Of a DNA stretch of 64,000 bases, positions 60,601 to 64,000 are shown piece by piece. Origin of the DNA: Dictyostelium discoideum. Lineage: Eukaryota. Positions within the stretch are counted from its first letter, which is position 1, and every line of letters starts with the position of its first letter. A program made the position numbers and the translations under genes. The stretch is taken from positions 2,048,001 to 2,112,000 of the forward strand of contig CM000153.2 of the NCBI GenBank assembly GCA_000004695.1, given 5' to 3'. Below the pieces are notes generated by a model. The model had not been told where the DNA came from, did no database searches, and saw only the letters and a list, made by a program, of their open reading frames with translations.

Positions 60601-61407
60601 TCTTCTAGTATCACCTAATGCACTAATAACATTACCCAATGCTAATAAACCACCATTGATATTGATACCCTCTTTTAAACGTTGTCCTTCAGCTTTTGTT
60701 TTCTTTACTCTTTCACTACCTGCTAAATCTACAAAATGAAACATTGATCTAATCGATGGGTTTCTTTCATCCATTGACATTATATCATCATCCTCATCTT
60801 CCTCGTCATCCTCTTCATCTTCATCAATCATAATTGATGAATCGTCATCTTTATTAGGTGATAAAGAATCTGGTGACGATGATTTCTTTTTCTTTTTACC
60901 TTTTGATTGCTTTTTATCATCAGAAGAGGATGATGTCGATGTTGATGATGTTGATGATGATGTAACAGGTGAATTTATCGGAGTTTGTTCAACAATTATT
61001 GAAAATATTGCATGTGATCTACTTGAATGACTATTCATTAAAGTTGAACCAGTAGTTCTAGATTGTGAACCTCTAATTAATGCCTCCTCCATTTGTTGTC
61101 TTGATCTAACGATTTGTTCAACTAATCCTGGTATATAAACTTCACCATTTGATTTCTCACGAATTGGTAAACCACCTGCTGTTGGATAAGGATTTAACAT
61201 ATCTCTAATCTCTTCATTATATAACTCTAAAAATGATACTTTTAATACTAATTGATGCGTATCCTTTTTTCTATCTATCTTATCATATATAAAATCAATA
61301 ACCCTGGGAATTACTCCCAACTCTTCTGTTGGTATACCAATTGTACTTGTTGTACCCATTGTAAATGTTTTACCTATTTTTTTTAAAAAAATATATATAT
61401 TTATTAA

Positions 61408-61471
<64 letters not shown>

Positions 61472-61805
61472 GTTATTGTTATTACTACTCTATAATTAAA
61501 TTAAATTATTTACCTGAACCTGTTTGACCATATGCTAAAATGGTTGAGTTATAACCTTCAAAAAGGCAATCAACTAAATTTGCAACACAATCATCAAAAA
61601 TCTCTTGTTGTCTTGATTTACCATTGAAAACATAATCAAAAGTGAATGTTTGATTATTATCACCCATAATAACTTGTGGTTCTCCATCAACATATTTTAC
61701 AACTTCCATTGACCTTTCTGCTTCTTCTTTCTTTGATAAGGGTCTAACTCTTAATGCAACCCTTACACAATTATTATCATCGGTATTTAATATTGGTGAT
61801 GACAT
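55969..61805 (-). CDS. kif8: kinesin-4 family motor with C-terminal WD40 repeats (KIF21-like); spliced CDS is 5622 nt, 1873 aa
   Basis: Exon 1 61514..61805 encodes [60 protein letters not shown]...[12 protein letters not shown]. The donor is TCA G|gtaaat. A 140-bp intron, the (ATT)n run, ends in the acceptor aaaatag|GT. Exon 2 60460..61373 encodes [10 protein letters not shown]...[14 protein letters not shown]...[44 protein letters not shown]...[41 protein letters not shown]. The donor is AAT|gtaaataaa. A 75-bp intron ends in the acceptor atttag|ACA. Exon 3 55969..60384 encodes [16 protein letters not shown], a long coiled coil, an S/T/N-rich linker, and at least seven WD40 repeats ([97 protein letters not shown]). 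The total of 1873 aa matches the length reported for Dictyostelium Kif8. Confidence 0.88.
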
Positions 61806-62677
61806 TTTTTATTTTTATTTTTTATTATTAAATAGTTGATTTGTTTTTTATTGATATATATATATTCTCTCTCTCTCTCTCTGTGTGTGTGTGTTTTTTT
61901 TTTTTATTATTACTATTTGATGATATTATTTATATATTTTTATTTATATAAATTCGTTTTTTTATTTATTTTATTTTATTTTATTTTATGTAGTGCACAA
62001 TTTGTATTTATTTAAAAAAAAAAATATTTTTTTTTTTTTATTATTAATACTGTCTTCTTTATTTTGATTGATTGTATGTGTTACTGTTATTTTTTTAATT
62101 TTATAATGTCATCTTTATTGTTATTTTTTTAAAAAATTATAATTTATTATTATTATTTTTATATCTTTTTTTTTTTTTTGAAGTGTAACACTATTGAAGT
62201 AAAAAAAAAACAAAAAAAATTTTGAAATATAGATAGAATGTATGTGTGTGAAAGGGGGTGAGTGTGTGTTTTATATAACTATCCTTTTTTAATTATAAAT
62301 CCAAAAAAAAAAAAAAAAAATTAAAAAAACAAAAAAAAAAAAAAAAATTAAAATTAAAAATGCAATGCGCAGAGAATTGTGTGAATATAATTAATTTAGT
62401 AATATTAAAAAAAAAAATAAAATAAAAAAGCAAAAAAAAAACAAAAAATGGTTATGATTACACAAAAACGTTTGATTTTTTGTTTTTTTTTTTTTTTTTT
62501 TTTTTTTTTTTGTGAAAAATGATTAACGATATGATATTTTTGAAACCAAAATAAATATAAAAAAAAAAAAAAAAAAAAAAAATGGAAAAAAAAATCAAAA
62601 TTATCATGGGATAAAAAAACTTTTTTTTTGGTTCAGAAATATTGAAAAAAATCAAATAAAAAAAAAAACAAAAAAAT

Positions 62678-63280
62678 ATGACAAACCTAGATAATAATAA
62701 TTTAAATGAAGAAATTAAAAATAAATTAGAGAAACAACAAAATCAAAAAGAACAAAAATTAATTATAGTTATAATGGGAGTGAGTGGTAGTGGCAAAACT
62801 ACAATTGGTAATGCTATTGCATCATCATTAGGTTGTGGTTTTAATGATGCAGATGAATTTCATAGTGAAGAGAACAAAGAAAAGATGAGATCAGGTATAC
62901 CTTTAAATGATGATGATAGAAAACCATGGTTATCATCAATTAATAAAAGAATGATTGAATTTTTAAATAATGAAAATGATGGAGCTAATGATCATGTTTT
63001 TACATGTTCAGCTTTGAAATCAACATATAGAGATCAAATATCAAATAATATTAATAAAGATAATCTATTATTCATACTTTTACAAGGAAGTAAACAATTA
63101 TTATCTGAACGTTTACAAAATAGAAAAAACCACTTTTTCAATCCAAATTTATTAGATAGTCAATTATCAATATTAGAATTACCAACCCAATCAGAATTAT
63201 CAAATCATCATTATGCATTCATTGATATTTCAAATTCTGTTGATGAAATTGTTGAAGAAATTTTTAATTATTTAAAATAA
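62678..63280 (+). CDS. gluconokinase (gluconate kinase, GntK/IDNK family), 200 aa
   Basis: LIIVIMGVSGSGKTTIGNAIASSLGCGFNDADEFHSEENKEKMRSGIPLNDDDRKPWL: P-loop plus the DADxFH and PLxDxDRxPWL motifs diagnostic for thermoresistant gluconokinase / human IDNK. Single exon. Divergent from kif8, about 870 bp apart. Confidence 0.85.
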   Translation: MTNLDNNNLNEEIKNKLEKQQNQKEQKLIIVIMGVSGSGKTTIGNAIASSLGCGFNDADEFHSEENKEKMRSGIPLNDDDRKPWLSSINKRMIEFLNNENDGANDHVFTCSALKSTYRDQISNNINKDNLLFILLQGSKQLLSERLQNRKNHFFNPNLLDSQLSILELPTQSELSNHHYAFIDISNSVDEIVEEIFNYLK

Positions 63281-63346
63281 ACTTGTATAAAAAAAAATAA
63301 AAATAAAAAAAAATAAAAATAAAAAATTAATTTTATTTATCTATTT

Positions 63347-63450
<104 letters not shown>

Positions 63451-63785
63451 TATTAATTAAAATAAATTTGTTAAGGAAAAAAAATTAAAAAAAAAAAATG
63501 AAATTTAAAAAATCCAGGTTTAAATGTTGGAAAAAAAATGAAACAAGATAAAAGAAAATAAAATTATTAAATCATATAAATATTTTTTTACTTTATATAA
63601 ATATAAAACCAATTGTTAATTTATTACAATGTGTTGATTCTTTTCTTTTTTTTATTTTTAAAATTTAATTTTGTTTTTTTTTTTTTTGTTATAAATTTAC
63701 CAGGTGCAAAATTAATTTTTAAATACCTTTTTTTTTAAATTTTTTATTTTATTTTTAATTTTTTTCTTTTTTTATTTTTATCTTC

Positions 63786-64000
63786 TTGCAGTGAATGCCA
63801 TGTCATCATCATCATCATCAAAATTCATTTCTTCTAAAGCATCTTGATCGAAATTACTAAAATCAATATTTGCATAATCATTATTCATTAATGAAAAGAA
63901 ATCATCATCAGTAATTAAATCATTATCTTTTTTACCTCCTCCACCACCACCTGCTAAAATTGCAGAACCAATATGGTTCTTTTTTGAAGCACCATCATTA
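63786..64000 (-). CDS. C-terminal fragment of an unidentified gene (runs off the window end)
   Basis: The minus-strand frame stays open from the window end to the stop at about 63789, reading ...GASKKNHIGSAILAGGGGGKKDNDLITDDDFFSLMNNDYANIDFSNFDQDALEEMNFDDDDDDMAFTARR*. Acidic C-terminus; family not identifiable from this fragment. Confidence 0.4.

Overview
This is AT-rich (about 22% GC) eukaryotic nuclear DNA with all the hallmarks of Dictyostelium discoideum. Hallmarks include long poly(A)/poly(T) and ATT/AAT/CAA microsatellites and coding runs of poly-N and poly-Q. Introns are short (75–250 bp), AT-rich and GT..AG, and start codons sit in an 'aaaATG' context. It is not a prokaryotic locus: no CRISPR array, operon or defence system, and no rRNA or tRNA gene that I could find. 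By translation and hand splicing I resolve about 22 protein-coding genes. Recognisable genes: Rag C/D GTPase (3'-truncated at the window start), condensin SMC2, GDP-mannose 4,6-dehydratase, three GT10 alpha-1,3-fucosyltransferase-like paralogs, splicing factor SF3B2, a RAD51C-like paralog, the 64-aa TMA7 protein, sphingosine kinase, proteasome ATPase Rpt4/PSMC6, a formin, the kinesin-4 Kif8 (kinesin motor plus WD40) and gluconokinase. Dictyostelium-type or uncharacterised genes: a zinc-ribbon RhoGEF, a B-box plus FNIP-repeat protein, a secreted Cys-rich protein, an FN3 domain-containing poly-Q protein, a Q-rich putative nuclear regulator, a chymotrypsin-fold-like protein with a GDCGS motif, and several hypothetical proteins. 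The most interesting signals are structural. (1) GDP-fucose synthesis (GMD) is embedded among three fucosyltransferase paralogs, one of them divergently transcribed from a shared 0.8-kb promoter. (2) A roughly 0.7–0.8 kb segmental duplication with an inverted 45-bp junction flanks the secreted-protein gene inside a 5-kb gene desert. (3) A CCGG-containing palindromic element lies upstream of the first hypothetical gene. (4) There is one splice-junction anomaly in GMD. Exon boundaries were derived by eye from the sequence and should be treated as accurate to about ±2 bp.
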